DNA from: Pseudomonadota bacterium
Lineage (GTDB): Bacteria > Pseudomonadota > Gammaproteobacteria > JAKAQQ01
Assembly: GCA_021798115.1 (NCBI GenBank)
Contig: JAJZYM010000009.1
Location: 1-57,721 of the forward strand
Length of the DNA stretch: 57,721 nt
Direction: 5' to 3'
Part shown: piece after piece, positions 30,074 through 39,808 of the stretch
Layout of the letters: the number at the start of each line of letters is the position of its first letter
How positions within the stretch are numbered: the stretch's first letter is position 1
Translations under genes and position numbers: made by a program
Notes under the pieces: model-generated
What the model was told of the DNA's origin: nothing
Database searches by the model: none
The model's input: the letters and a program-made list of their open reading frames with translations, nothing else

Positions 30074-31965
30074 GAGGTGGATCTCCCGAAGCGGGACGCG
30101 AGCCGCCGCCAGAGGCGGCGCACCCCCGGCGATTGGCGGGGAAGACCGCGGGCCCGATCGAACCAGAGGTGGGCGGCGCGTGGATGATGGGCCTCGAGGA
30201 GCCAGGAGGCGGCGAGGAGGCGCGGGACGGGATTGCGCGGGGCGAGACGCCCGGCGTGGACGAGATCGGCGAGCGCCCGGGGGAGGAGACCACGGGCGTG
30301 GGCGAGGTAGGCGCGGTAGAGGACGAGAATGTAGCGGCGCGAACGGCGCATGCGCGCGGCGCGGCCGAGCGTGCGCGCGAGCCGGGAGAGCCGGGACCCC
30401 GCGAAACGGCAGCGGTGCTCGAGCCAGAGGTGGCTCAGGACGGCCACGCCCGTCGTTCCCGCCGCCCCGAGGTAACGGGGGGGGTGGGTCGTGAAGCCCG
30501 ACCAGTAGCCGGGGGGAAGGGTGCCGTGCCAGAGGCAGAGCACCGTGCCGAGCTCGAGCTGCTCGCCCGGATGGCGACGGCCCGCGAGGAGGGCGGCCGC
30601 CCGGGCGGGTCGCCCGTGCGCCAGCCACCACTGGGCGAGCCCGGCGCGTGCGGCCCTGGCGTGCGGATGGAGTGCCAGGTTGGTGGAGTACAAACTCCGC
30701 GCACTGCTCCAGGATACGACCGCCTGGGCGGTGAGGGCCACCGTGAGGAGGCCGAGGACGGCGAGGACCGCCGGTGGAAGGAAGCGCAAGCGAGGAGCGC
30801 GTCGGACGAGGGCACGCGCGGCCGCGACGAGGAGGGCGGCCGTGGCGAGGAGGAGGCCGTAAGACGGGAGGTAAATGCGCACCGCCTCCATCAGGCGGAG
30901 CGGCACGAGGGTCGACTCGATCGATTCGCCGATGAAGAACCAGCCGAGGCCGAGAGCCACGAGGGGGGCACGGCGGCGGAGGACGAAGGCCAGCGCGACG
31001 AGGAGGAGGATCCCCGCGAGTGCGACGGCGGTGGTGGAGGGCGCGAGAAGCCCGTGGGAAAGCGGGATCCGCCCGTGAAAGAAACTCGTCCAGCGCGGTC
31101 GTGGGACGAGGGTGGCGGCGATGTAGCGGACGAGCACACGCGGTTCGGTGAGCAGACGCTCGGCGAGCGTGAAGCGCCGTTCCCGGTAACCGCTCAGGAG
31201 AAACGCGGGGTCGAGAAAGAAGAGCGCCATGAGTCCGAACCCGAGGGCGAAGACGCCAGCGGCCAGGGCGGTGAGGGTGCGCCGTGCGGAGCGCGGCCCG
31301 GCTCCCTGCCAAAGACAGAACTCCGTCCAGAGCGCCAGCGGAAGAAGCAGGATTCCGTTCTCCTTGCTGAAGGTGGCAAGCGCGGCAAAGACGAGAAGGG
31401 CGGGGAGCCAGAGCCGGACCCGCGGGCGCCCGTCGGCGATCTCGGCGCGGCGGGCGCGGGCGTAGACGAGAAGACCCGCCATCGTGAAGAAGGCGGCGAG
31501 GAGTTCCATGCGCTCGACGGCGTAGAGCACGGTGGCGACGGCCGCCGGGGCGAGGAGCCAGAAGGCGGCGAGCCCGAGGGCGAAGCCGCGTTCGGCGGTC
31601 TCGGGCCGGCGCCCCGGGGGGGTGACGAGTTCCTGCCCGAGGAGTGCGGCGAGACTCGCGGTCAGGAGCGCGATCAGAAGGTTGGTGAGCTTGAAGGCGA
31701 GAATGCTCCCGTGCCAGAGACGGGCGTCGAGCCAGAAGCTCGCCATCGCGATGGGCCGTCCGAGCGGGCCCGACGTACTCCAGAAGGGATGCGCCACGGC
31801 GGCCAGGGGGCCGTAGACGAAGGGTCCCAGCACAGGAATATCGTCGTACACGAGCGGGCCGTGAAGGCCCGGGAGGTACAGAAGAACGGCCACGGCCAGG
31901 ACGGTGGTCCAGAGGGCGAGAAAGACGGCGGTCGTCGCGCGGGCGCGGGCGTCGTTCTCCGGCAT
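30070..31965 (-). CDS. TMTC-like GT-C membrane glycosyltransferase with C-terminal TPR-like domain
   Basis: LY.PGL.G..VYDD after TM1, RP, SKENG, R.YLPS, about 10 hydrophobic segments, then W.S...L...HP..RA and helical repeats. Confidence 0.75.
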   Translation of the reverse strand: MPENDARARATTAVFLALWTTVLAVAVLLYLPGLHGPLVYDDIPVLGPFVYGPLAAVAHPFWSTSGPLGRPIAMASFWLDARLWHGSILAFKLTNLLIALLTASLAALLGQELVTPPGRRPETAERGFALGLAAFWLLAPAAVATVLYAVERMELLAAFFTMAGLLVYARARRAEIADGRPRVRLWLPALLVFAALATFSKENGILLLPLALWTEFCLWQGAGPRSARRTLTALAAGVFALGFGLMALFFLDPAFLLSGYRERRFTLAERLLTEPRVLVRYIAATLVPRPRWTSFFHGRIPLSHGLLAPSTTAVALAGILLLVALAFVLRRRAPLVALGLGWFFIGESIESTLVPLRLMEAVRIYLPSYGLLLATAALLVAAARALVRRAPRLRFLPPAVLAVLGLLTVALTAQAVVSWSSARSLYSTNLALHPHARAARAGLAQWWLAHGRPARAAALLAGRRHPGEQLELGTVLCLWHGTLPPGYWSGFTTHPPRYLGAAGTTGVAVLSHLWLEHRCRFAGSRLSRLARTLGRAARMRRSRRYILVLYRAYLAHARGLLPRALADLVHAGRLAPRNPVPRLLAASWLLEAHHPRAAHLWFDRARGLPRQSPGVRRLWRRLASRFGRSTS

Positions 31966-32026
31966 GAGACCTCGGAGGCGCGGGCGGAGGGGCGTGGCCC
32001 GAGGCGATCAGTGTAGCCGGAAGGTT

Positions 32027-32971
32027 TCAGCTTCCGGGCGCCGTCCGCTCGGGGGGCCACCACAGGCGGCCGCGGGGGACCTGGGCCGTGCGGCTGCGCG
32101 GGGCGTGACCGAGCGCGGCGGCGATGAAGTCGACGGCGTCGAGAAGCCGCGGCAGGTCCACACCGGTCTTCACTCCCGATCCCTCGAGGAGGTAGACGAC
32201 ATCTTCGGTGGCGACGTTGCCGCGCGCTCCCGGGGCGTACGGGCAGCCCCCGAGGCCGCCGGTCGCGGAGTCGACGATCGTCACCCCGTGATCGAGAGCG
32301 GCGCAAATGTTGGCGAGGGCCGTCCCGTAGGTGTCGTGGAAGTGGACGGCGATGCGCTCCACGGGGACGATCTCACCGACCGCGCGGAGAAGAGCCAGTG
32401 TGCTGGCCGGGGTCCCCACCCCGATCGTGTCGCCGAGTGAAATTTCGTCGACACCGAGCTCGAGAAGGCGCGCGCAGACCTCGCGCACGCGCGCGGGACG
32501 GACGGGCCCCTCGTAGGGACACCCGATGACGGTCGAGACGTAGGCCCGCACACGAAGACCGCGGCGGCGGCTCTCGCGCACCACGGGATCAAACCGGGCC
32601 AGCGACTCGTCGATGCCGCAGCCAATGTTGTGCCGTGTGAAGCTCTCGCTCGCGGCGGTAAAGACGGCGACCGTCTCGAGCGCGGCGTGCCGCGCCCGCG
32701 CGAGCCCCTGTTCGTTCGGGACGAGCGCCGCGTAACGCACCCCCGCCCGGGCGGGGAGGAGCGCCATGAGGCTCTCGGCGTCGGCCAGCTGGGGGACACG
32801 GGCCGGGGCGACGAAACTCGTGGCCTCGATTTCGCACAGTCCGGCGTCGGCGAGCATGCCGATCCAGCGCGCCTTCGTTTCGGTCGGCACCGTCGACGCC
32901 TCGTTCTGAAGCCCGTCACGGGGGCCGACCTCGACCAGCCGCACGGCCGCAGGGAGGTGAAGTCCGCTCAC
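32027..32971 (-). CDS. liuE: Hydroxymethylglutaryl-CoA lyase
   Basis: EVGPRDGLQNE, LGDTIG, HFHDT, GLGGCPYAPGARGN. Confidence 0.96.
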   Translation of the reverse strand: MSGLHLPAAVRLVEVGPRDGLQNEASTVPTETKARWIGMLADAGLCEIEATSFVAPARVPQLADAESLMALLPARAGVRYAALVPNEQGLARARHAALETVAVFTAASESFTRHNIGCGIDESLARFDPVVRESRRRGLRVRAYVSTVIGCPYEGPVRPARVREVCARLLELGVDEISLGDTIGVGTPASTLALLRAVGEIVPVERIAVHFHDTYGTALANICAALDHGVTIVDSATGGLGGCPYAPGARGNVATEDVVYLLEGSGVKTGVDLPRLLDAVDFIAAALGHAPRSRTAQVPRGRLWWPPERTAPGS

Positions 32972-34992
32972 GCCCCGTCCTCACCCGCCGCGGCGATCTC
33001 GACGAGATCCCGGTGGACGTCGGCGACTTGCCCGAGGACCGCGTGGACCGTCCGCACGATCCCGGCGACGGGGGCACGGACCGTGTACTCCATCTTCATG
33101 CCCTCGAGGGCGACCAAGGGATCGCCGCGTTCGACGCGGTCGCCGGGGGAGACACGAACGCCGGTGATTCGCCCCGGGAACGGCGGGCGTGTGTGGCCCG
33201 CTTCCTCGCCGCCTCGGGCTGTGTGTTCCGTGCTCAGTCGGGCCTCGAAAGCTCCTCCGGGGTGCCGCGCGTGGATCCAGGGGCCGTGTCGGACGATCTC
33301 GACCGTCCGTTCCACGCCCGAGTATCCGAGACGCACGCGGGGGCCGGTGTGCGGACGCCCCGTGAGCGTGTGGGCGATTCCTCCGACCTCGAGGCGGAAG
33401 GTCTCCGGTCCGTCCGGTATGAGGCGCAGCGTGAGATGGCGATCGCCCGAGCGCAGGCGCGTCAGGCGGGCACGGATCCCCCCGGGCACGAACGCGTCGG
33501 TGCGTTCCCACGGATCCGGGCTTCCCTCCTCGGGTGTGCCCGCGACCAGGGCGACGGCGCCCAGGAGCCACGGGTCGGCCGTCTCCTCGGGGAGGAGGCG
33601 GCCGAGGGCTTCGGCCACGTAACCGGTGTGGACCGCTCCCGTGCGCATCGGCGGATCACGGGCGAGGGCACGGAGGAGTTCGAGGTTCGTCGTTGTTCCG
33701 AAGAGGACCGTCTCGTCGAGGGCACGGGCGAGCCTCTCGAAGGCGTTCTCCCGCGACGGGGCGGAGACGATGATCTTGGCGATCATCGGGTCGTAGTAGG
33801 CGCTGATGTCTTCGGGCGGTTCCAGGGCGGTTTCGATCCGCGCGTCCGTGGGCCAGAGCGCCGTCTCGATGCGCCCCGGAGCGGGAAGGAACTCGTGCCG
33901 CGCGTCCTCGGCGTAGAGACGCACCTCGATCGCGTGGCCGTGGGCTTCGAGCGCCTCCTGGGTTCGGGGCAGCGGTCGCCCTTCGGCCACGGCCAGCTGC
34001 CAGGCGACGAGGTCCACGCCGGCGATGGCCTCGGTCACCGGGTGCTCCACCTGAAGGCGCGTGTTCATCTCGAGAAAGTGGATCCCCCCCTCGGGGTCGA
34101 GGACGAACTCGACCGTGCCGGCCCCGACGTAGGCCACGGCGCGGGCGGCCGTGAGCGCGTGGTGATGAAGCGCGCGGCGGGTTGCCTCCGGGACGGCGGA
34201 CGCCGGGGACTCCTCGAGGATCTTCTGGTGCCGACGCTGCACGGTGCATTCGCGCTCGAAGAGGTGGACGATGCGACCCTCGTGGTCCCCGAAAATTTGC
34301 ACCTCGAGATGGCGGGCGCGGTCGATGTAGCGCTCGAGGAGGAGGGCGCCGTCGCCGAACGCGTTCTCGGCCTCACGGCGGGCGGCGCGGACGGCTTCGG
34401 TGAGTTCCTGAGCGTGGTGGACGATCCGCATGCCCTTCCCACCCCCGCCGGCCGCGGCCTTGACGAGGAGAGGAAAGCCCACCCTCCGCCCCTCGGCGAC
34501 GAGCCGCTCCTCGTCCTGCGCGGCGCCGTGGTAGCCGGGAACGACCGGCACGCCGACCTTCTCCATGAGGTCCTTGGCCGCGATCTTCGAGCCCATCAGG
34601 CGGATCGTTTCCGGATGCGGGCCGATGAAGATCAGGCCCGCCTCTTCCACCGCGCGGGCAAAGGCGTCGTTCTCCGAGAGGAATCCGTAGCCGGGGTGGA
34701 CGGCCTCCGCCTCCGTGCGACGGGCCGCCTCGAGAAGCTTGGCAATGTCGAGATACGACGTCCGCGGGCTCGTCCCGCCGAGGGCGACGGCGAGGTCGGC
34801 CGCGCGCACGTGCCGGGCGTCACGGTCGGCATCGGAGTAGACGGCCACGGTCTCGTAACCGAGCGCACGGCAGGTCCGGAAGATCCGAAGAGCGATTTCT
34901 CCACGGTTGGCGACGAGCACACGGCGGAAGGGGTGCGGCGTCGTCGCGCGCGGGGGAAACGACGGCCCCGCCGGTGTGCGGCGCGTGCTCAC
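32968..34992 (-). CDS. liuD: 3-methylcrotonyl-CoA carboxylase alpha subunit (BC plus BCCP)
   Basis: ANRGEIA, HPGYGFLSEN, GGGGKGM, EMNTRLQVEH and biotin motif EGMKM. Confidence 0.92.
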   Translation of the reverse strand: MSTRRTPAGPSFPPRATTPHPFRRVLVANRGEIALRIFRTCRALGYETVAVYSDADRDARHVRAADLAVALGGTSPRTSYLDIAKLLEAARRTEAEAVHPGYGFLSENDAFARAVEEAGLIFIGPHPETIRLMGSKIAAKDLMEKVGVPVVPGYHGAAQDEERLVAEGRRVGFPLLVKAAAGGGGKGMRIVHHAQELTEAVRAARREAENAFGDGALLLERYIDRARHLEVQIFGDHEGRIVHLFERECTVQRRHQKILEESPASAVPEATRRALHHHALTAARAVAYVGAGTVEFVLDPEGGIHFLEMNTRLQVEHPVTEAIAGVDLVAWQLAVAEGRPLPRTQEALEAHGHAIEVRLYAEDARHEFLPAPGRIETALWPTDARIETALEPPEDISAYYDPMIAKIIVSAPSRENAFERLARALDETVLFGTTTNLELLRALARDPPMRTGAVHTGYVAEALGRLLPEETADPWLLGAVALVAGTPEEGSPDPWERTDAFVPGGIRARLTRLRSGDRHLTLRLIPDGPETFRLEVGGIAHTLTGRPHTGPRVRLGYSGVERTVEIVRHGPWIHARHPGGAFEARLSTEHTARGGEEAGHTRPPFPGRITGVRVSPGDRVERGDPLVALEGMKMEYTVRAPVAGIVRTVHAVLGQVADVHRDLVEIAAAGEDGA

Positions 34993-35789
34993 GACGGAAA
35001 CTCCGGCCAGCGCGGAGGGCGTTTCTCGAGAAAGGCGTTGAGGCCTTCCTGTCCCTCGGGTGCGACGCGCAGGCGGGCGATGAGGGCGGCGGTTTCGTGT
35101 GCGTGTTCGCCCGGGACCCGGCCGCCGGGCCGGGTGTCGCAGGACGCGAGAAGGGCCTTTGCGGCGCGGACCGCTCCCGGGGCGGCCGATCGACAGCCCT
35201 CGAGGAGCGCGGTGAGGGCCGGGTCGAGGTCGCCTCGGGGATGGTGGGCGTGGATCAGTCCGAGACGTTGCGCTTGCGGAGCATCGAAGACGCCGCCCGT
35301 GTAGATCCAGGGCGCGAGCGGACGTGCGTGTCCGCAGGCGCGGACCACGTAGGGGGCGATCACCGCCGGGACGAGGCCCAGGCGGACTTCCGAAAATGCA
35401 AACCGGCAACCGTCGTCGGCGAGCGCAATGTCGCAGGCGGCGAGAAGGCCGAGACCGCCGCCGTAGGCCACGGTTTCTGCGAGGGCGACGGTCGGAACCG
35501 GGCAGGAAGCGAGAGTCTCGAGGAGTGCGGCGAGCTCTTCGGCGTCCTTCCGGTTCGTCTCTGGGTCGGATTCGGCCATCCGTCGCATCCAGCCGAGATC
35601 GGCCCCGGCGCAGAAGACGCCCTCCGCCCCGCGCAGGACCACGGCGCGGAGGGTGGGCACCTGCGCGGCGGCGAGGAGCGCCTCGTGCAGGCGGCGGACG
35701 AGCGGACCGTCGAGGGCGTTTCGGGCACGGGGTCGGTCGAGGACGAGGACCCGGATGTCGGGGCCGTAGGGGTGTTCGAGGCGCAGCAC
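34989..35789 (-). CDS. liuC: Methylglutaconyl-CoA hydratase (crotonase family)
   Basis: FCAGADL, GGG.GL.AACD, SEVRLGLVPA, EGQEGL.AFLEKR.P; lies between the MCC subunits. Confidence 0.9.
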   Translation of the reverse strand: MLRLEHPYGPDIRVLVLDRPRARNALDGPLVRRLHEALLAAAQVPTLRAVVLRGAEGVFCAGADLGWMRRMAESDPETNRKDAEELAALLETLASCPVPTVALAETVAYGGGLGLLAACDIALADDGCRFAFSEVRLGLVPAVIAPYVVRACGHARPLAPWIYTGGVFDAPQAQRLGLIHAHHPRGDLDPALTALLEGCRSAAPGAVRAAKALLASCDTRPGGRVPGEHAHETAALIARLRVAPEGQEGLNAFLEKRPPRWPEFPS

Positions 35790-35791
35790 GG

Positions 35792-37411
35792 CTACATCCG
35801 GAAGACGCCGTAGTGCCCGCGCGCGCTCGCCTCGGGGACGGTGCGCATGACGACACCCAGGGCCAGACCCAACACGCGGCGGGTCTCCACCGGATCGAGG
35901 ATCCCGTCGTCCCAGAGGCGCGCGCTGGCATGGTAGGGGTCACCCTCGGCCTCGTAGCGCGCGCGGATCTCCCGCGCGTAGGCCTCGCGCTCGGCCTCGG
36001 GCCAAGTCTCTCCACGCTTCGCGTGGGCTTCCGCGCGGATCTCGGTGAGGACCGAAGCGGCCTGTTCGCCACCCATGACCGAGATCCGCGCGTTCGGCCA
36101 GCTCCAGAGAAAGCGGCCGCCGTAGGCCCGTCCGCACATGGCGTAGTTGCCGGCTCCGAACGAGCCGCCCACGAGCACGGTGAGCTTGGGGACCCGGGCG
36201 GTGGCGACGGCGTTGACCATCTTCGCCCCGTCTTTGGCGATCCCGCCGTGCTCGTAGCGGCTCCCCACCATGAAACCGGTGATGTTCTGGAGGAAAAGCA
36301 ACGGGAGTCCCCGCTGTTCGCAGAGCTCGATGAAGTGAGTGCCCTTGAGAGCCGATTCGGAAAAGAGGATCCCTTGGTTGGCGAGGACACCGAGAGGGTA
36401 GCCCTCGAGGCGGCCGAAACCGCAGACGAGGGTGGTCCCGTAGAGGGGCTTGAATTCGTGGAACTCGGAACCGTCGAGGAGGCGGGCGAGGAGTTCGTGC
36501 ACGTCGTAAGGAGTGCGGAGGTCGCGGGGAAGAACGCCGTAGAGCTCTTCACTCGGATAACGTGGCGGCACGGGCGGATACGGCGGGCGGGCGCGGGTGG
36601 CCTCGGGATCGGGAACGTGCGCGAAAATCTCGCGCGCGAGCGCAAGGGCCTCGTCCTCGTCGGCCGCGAGATGGTCGACAACCCCCGAGGTTCGGGCGTG
36701 CACGTCCCCGCCGCCGAGTGTCTCGGCGTCCACCACCTCGCCCGTCGCTGCCTTCACGAGGGGTGGGCCGCCGAGGTAGATCGTCCCTTGGCCGGCGACG
36801 ATGACCGCCTCGTCGCACATGGCGGGCACGTAGGCGCCTCCCGCCGTGCACGGTCCAAGAACCACGGCGATCTGGGCGAGTCCGGCGGCCGAGAGCCGAG
36901 CCTGGTTGTAGAAGATGCGCCCGAAGTGATCCCGGTCGGGGAAGACTTCAGCCTGAAGGGGGAGAAACGCCCCGCCCGAGTCGACGAGATAGACGCAGGG
37001 AAGGCGGTTTTCTTCGGCGATCTCCTGGGCCCGGAGATGCTTGCGGACGGTGGCGGGGAAATACGTTCCTCCCTTGACCGTCGGGTCGTTGGCAACCACG
37101 ACCACCGTCCGCCCGCAGATGCGGCCGACGCCGGTGACGAGGCCCGCGCGTGGGGCGTCGCCCCCGTAGAGCCCGTGGGCCGCGAGAGGGGCGATCTCGA
37201 GAAAGGGCGAGCCCGGATCGAGGAGACGCTCGAGGCGTTCTTCGACGAGAAGCCGCCCGCGGTCCTTGTGAAGCCTTCGGGCACGCTCGCCGCCGCCGAG
37301 CCGCGCCTGGGCCAGCTCGTTGCGGAGCGTCTCGGCCAGAGCGTGGTGGTGGCGGGCGTTGGCCCGGAATTCCTCGTCCTCGGGATTGACGCGGCTGGCG
37401 AGAGAGGCCAT
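35792..37411 (-). CDS. liuB: 3-methylcrotonyl-CoA carboxylase beta subunit
   Basis: [54 protein letters not shown]. Confidence 0.95.
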   Translation of the reverse strand: MASLASRVNPEDEEFRANARHHHALAETLRNELAQARLGGGERARRLHKDRGRLLVEERLERLLDPGSPFLEIAPLAAHGLYGGDAPRAGLVTGVGRICGRTVVVVANDPTVKGGTYFPATVRKHLRAQEIAEENRLPCVYLVDSGGAFLPLQAEVFPDRDHFGRIFYNQARLSAAGLAQIAVVLGPCTAGGAYVPAMCDEAVIVAGQGTIYLGGPPLVKAATGEVVDAETLGGGDVHARTSGVVDHLAADEDEALALAREIFAHVPDPEATRARPPYPPVPPRYPSEELYGVLPRDLRTPYDVHELLARLLDGSEFHEFKPLYGTTLVCGFGRLEGYPLGVLANQGILFSESALKGTHFIELCEQRGLPLLFLQNITGFMVGSRYEHGGIAKDGAKMVNAVATARVPKLTVLVGGSFGAGNYAMCGRAYGGRFLWSWPNARISVMGGEQAASVLTEIRAEAHAKRGETWPEAEREAYAREIRARYEAEGDPYHASARLWDDGILDPVETRRVLGLALGVVMRTVPEASARGHYGVFRM

Positions 37412-37419
37412 GGACCGTG

Positions 37420-38610
37420 TCAGTCGAGACGCTCGACGGCCAGGGCGGTGGCCTCGCCCCCCCCGATGCAGAGTGCGGCGATGCCCCGCCGGAGCCCGCG
37501 ACGGGCGAGGGCGTGGAGGAGGGTGACCACGATGCGGGCGCCGCTGGCTCCGATCGGGTGGCCGAGGGCGCAGGCCCCGCCGTGGACGTTGACCTTCTCG
37601 TGCGGGAGGTCGAGCTCCTTCATGGCGGCCAGGGTCACGACCGCGAACGCCTCGTTGATCTCGAAGAGGTCGACGTCGGCGAGGCGCCAGCCGAGGCCGT
37701 CGGCCAGGCGGCGGATGGCCCCGGCCGGGGCGGTGGTGAACCACTCGGGTTCCTGACTGTGGGTGGCGTGGGCGAGGATCCGGGCGAGGGGTTTCAGCCC
37801 CCAGCGCCGCGCGTCGTCCGCGCGCGTGAGCAGGAGGAGGGCGGCTCCGTCGGAAATCGAGGAAGAGCTCGCGGCCGTCACGGTCCCGTCTTTCTGGAAC
37901 GCGGGTTTGAGTTCGGGGATCTTGGCCGGATTGCAGCGCCCGGGCTCCTCGTCCTCGGCGACCGTGGTCTCCTTGCCCTTGCGGTCCCGAAGCGTGACGG
38001 GGACGATCTCGGCGGCGAAGGCGCCTTCCCTCTGGGCGGCGCGGGCGCGCTCGACCGAAGCGGTGGCGAAGGCGTCCTGGGCCTCGCGGGCGAATCCGTA
38101 GCGGGCGGCCGTGCGCTCGGCAAACACCCCCATGCCCAGGTGGTCGGCGGCGTTTTCGAGCCCGTCGAAGAACATGTGGTCAAGGGCCTGCTGATGCCCC
38201 ATGCGCCAGCCGCCGCGGACCCGAGGCAGAAGATAGGGGGCGTTGCTCATCGACTCCATGCCGCCGGCCAGAACGAGGTGGGCGGAGCCGGTGCGGAGAA
38301 GGTCGTGGGCGAGCATGAGACTTTTCATGCCGGAGCCGCAGACCTTGTTCACGGTCGTCGCACCGATGCGGGGGGGGAGCCCCCCCAAGAGGACGGCCTG
38401 GCGCGCGGGCGCCTGCCCGAGGCCGGCGGGCAGGACGCAACCGATGATCGCTTCGTCGAGACGTTCGGCCAGTGCGGGCTCCTCGCTGGCGAGGGCACGG
38501 ACGAGTGCGGCGGCGAGCTCCGGGGCGGCCAGTGGCGAGAGCCCCCCGAGGAATGAGCCGATGGGGGTCCGCCGGGCGGCGACGATGACGATGTCGGATT
38601 CGTGGCTCAC
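37420..38610 (-). CDS. Acetyl-CoA C-acyltransferase (thiolase)
   Basis: [30 protein letters not shown]. Confidence 0.96.
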   Translation of the reverse strand: MSHESDIVIVAARRTPIGSFLGGLSPLAAPELAAALVRALASEEPALAERLDEAIIGCVLPAGLGQAPARQAVLLGGLPPRIGATTVNKVCGSGMKSLMLAHDLLRTGSAHLVLAGGMESMSNAPYLLPRVRGGWRMGHQQALDHMFFDGLENAADHLGMGVFAERTAARYGFAREAQDAFATASVERARAAQREGAFAAEIVPVTLRDRKGKETTVAEDEEPGRCNPAKIPELKPAFQKDGTVTAASSSSISDGAALLLLTRADDARRWGLKPLARILAHATHSQEPEWFTTAPAGAIRRLADGLGWRLADVDLFEINEAFAVVTLAAMKELDLPHEKVNVHGGACALGHPIGASGARIVVTLLHALARRGLRRGIAALCIGGGEATALAVERLD

Positions 38611-39785
38611 AAGGAAGAACCTCCCGGGGGGGTGGCGGCGCGCTGCAGTTCGCGGCCGATGAGCATGCGGCGGATCTCGTTGGTGCCGGCACCGATGTCG
38701 TAGAGCTTGGCGTCACGCAGGAGACGGGCGGCGGGGTAATCGTTGATGTAGCCGTTGCCGCCGAGGCACTGGATGGTCTCGAGCGCACCACGCACCGCGT
38801 GTTCGGAAGCAAAAAGCAGGGCGGCGGCGGCGTCGACCCGCGACGGCCGGTCCTCGTCGAAGGCTTCGGCGACCCGGTAGGCGAGAGCGCGCGCGGCGCT
38901 GAGGCCCGTGTAGAGATCGGCGAGTTTGGCCTGCATGAGCTCGAAGTCACCGATCGGACGGCCGAACTGCCGCCGTTCGCGCAGATACGGCAGCGCCGTG
39001 TCGAGGCAGGCCTGGAGAATACCGAGCGGCCCGCCGCTCAGGACGAGCCGTTCGCTGTCGAGCCCACGCATGAGAACATAGACGCCCTCGTGGACGCGAC
39101 CGAGGATCTGCCCGGGCCCGAGGCGGCAGCCGTCGAAGACCAGCTCGCAGGTGCCCGAGGCGCGCATCCCGAGCTTGTCGAGCTTCTGCGCGGTGTGGAA
39201 ACCCGCGGTCCCACGCTCGACGAGGAAGGCGGTGATGGAACGGCTCCCTGCGGTCTTGAGATCGTCGCTGCGGGCGTAGACGATAAAGAGGTCGGCGTCG
39301 GGGCCGTTCGTGATCCACATCTTGGTGCCGTCGAGGCGCCAACCGTCGCCGTCCGGACGCGCTCGGGTCTGGAGCGAGCCGACGATGTCGGAGCCCGCGC
39401 CCGGTTCGGACATGGCGAGCGCCCCGACCCATTCGCCACTCAGGAGACGCGGGAGATAGCGGCGCTTCTGTTCTGTGTTTCCGTTCAGGGTGAGATTGTT
39501 GACGCAGAGATTCGAGTGGGCGCCGTAGGAGAGGCCCACCGAGGCGGACGCGCGCGAGATCTCTTCCATGACGACGAGGTGCGCCAGGTAACCCAAACCC
39601 GCGCCTCCGTCTTCGGAGGGCACGGTGGGCCCGAGCAACCCGAGCTCTCCCATGCGTCGCCAGAGCGCGCGGGGGAATTCGCCCGCGCGGTCGAAAGCGT
39701 CGGCGTGGGGGGCGATTTCCTCCGAGGCAAAGCGCGCAACGGTGGAGCGCAGGAGCTCGAGATCCTCACGCGTGAGAGCGGCCAC
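38607..39785 (-). CDS. liuA: Isovaleryl-CoA dehydrogenase
   Basis: LSYGAHSNLC, AMSEPGAGSD, KMWITNGP, GLDSERL, LGGNGY, IGAGTNEIRR. Confidence 0.95.
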   Translation of the reverse strand: MAALTREDLELLRSTVARFASEEIAPHADAFDRAGEFPRALWRRMGELGLLGPTVPSEDGGAGLGYLAHLVVMEEISRASASVGLSYGAHSNLCVNNLTLNGNTEQKRRYLPRLLSGEWVGALAMSEPGAGSDIVGSLQTRARPDGDGWRLDGTKMWITNGPDADLFIVYARSDDLKTAGSRSITAFLVERGTAGFHTAQKLDKLGMRASGTCELVFDGCRLGPGQILGRVHEGVYVLMRGLDSERLVLSGGPLGILQACLDTALPYLRERRQFGRPIGDFELMQAKLADLYTGLSAARALAYRVAEAFDEDRPSRVDAAAALLFASEHAVRGALETIQCLGGNGYINDYPAARLLRDAKLYDIGAGTNEIRRMLIGRELQRAATPPGGSSL

Positions 39786-39808
39786 GGCGTCCGATCTCCC
39801 GGAGCGGC

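Noticed and set aside
29132-37744. Extended ORFs of 726, 1237 and 650 aa for the GT2 and MCC subunits
   Set aside because: The extensions overlap neighbouring genes and are Arg/Pro-rich shadow frames typical of high GC.
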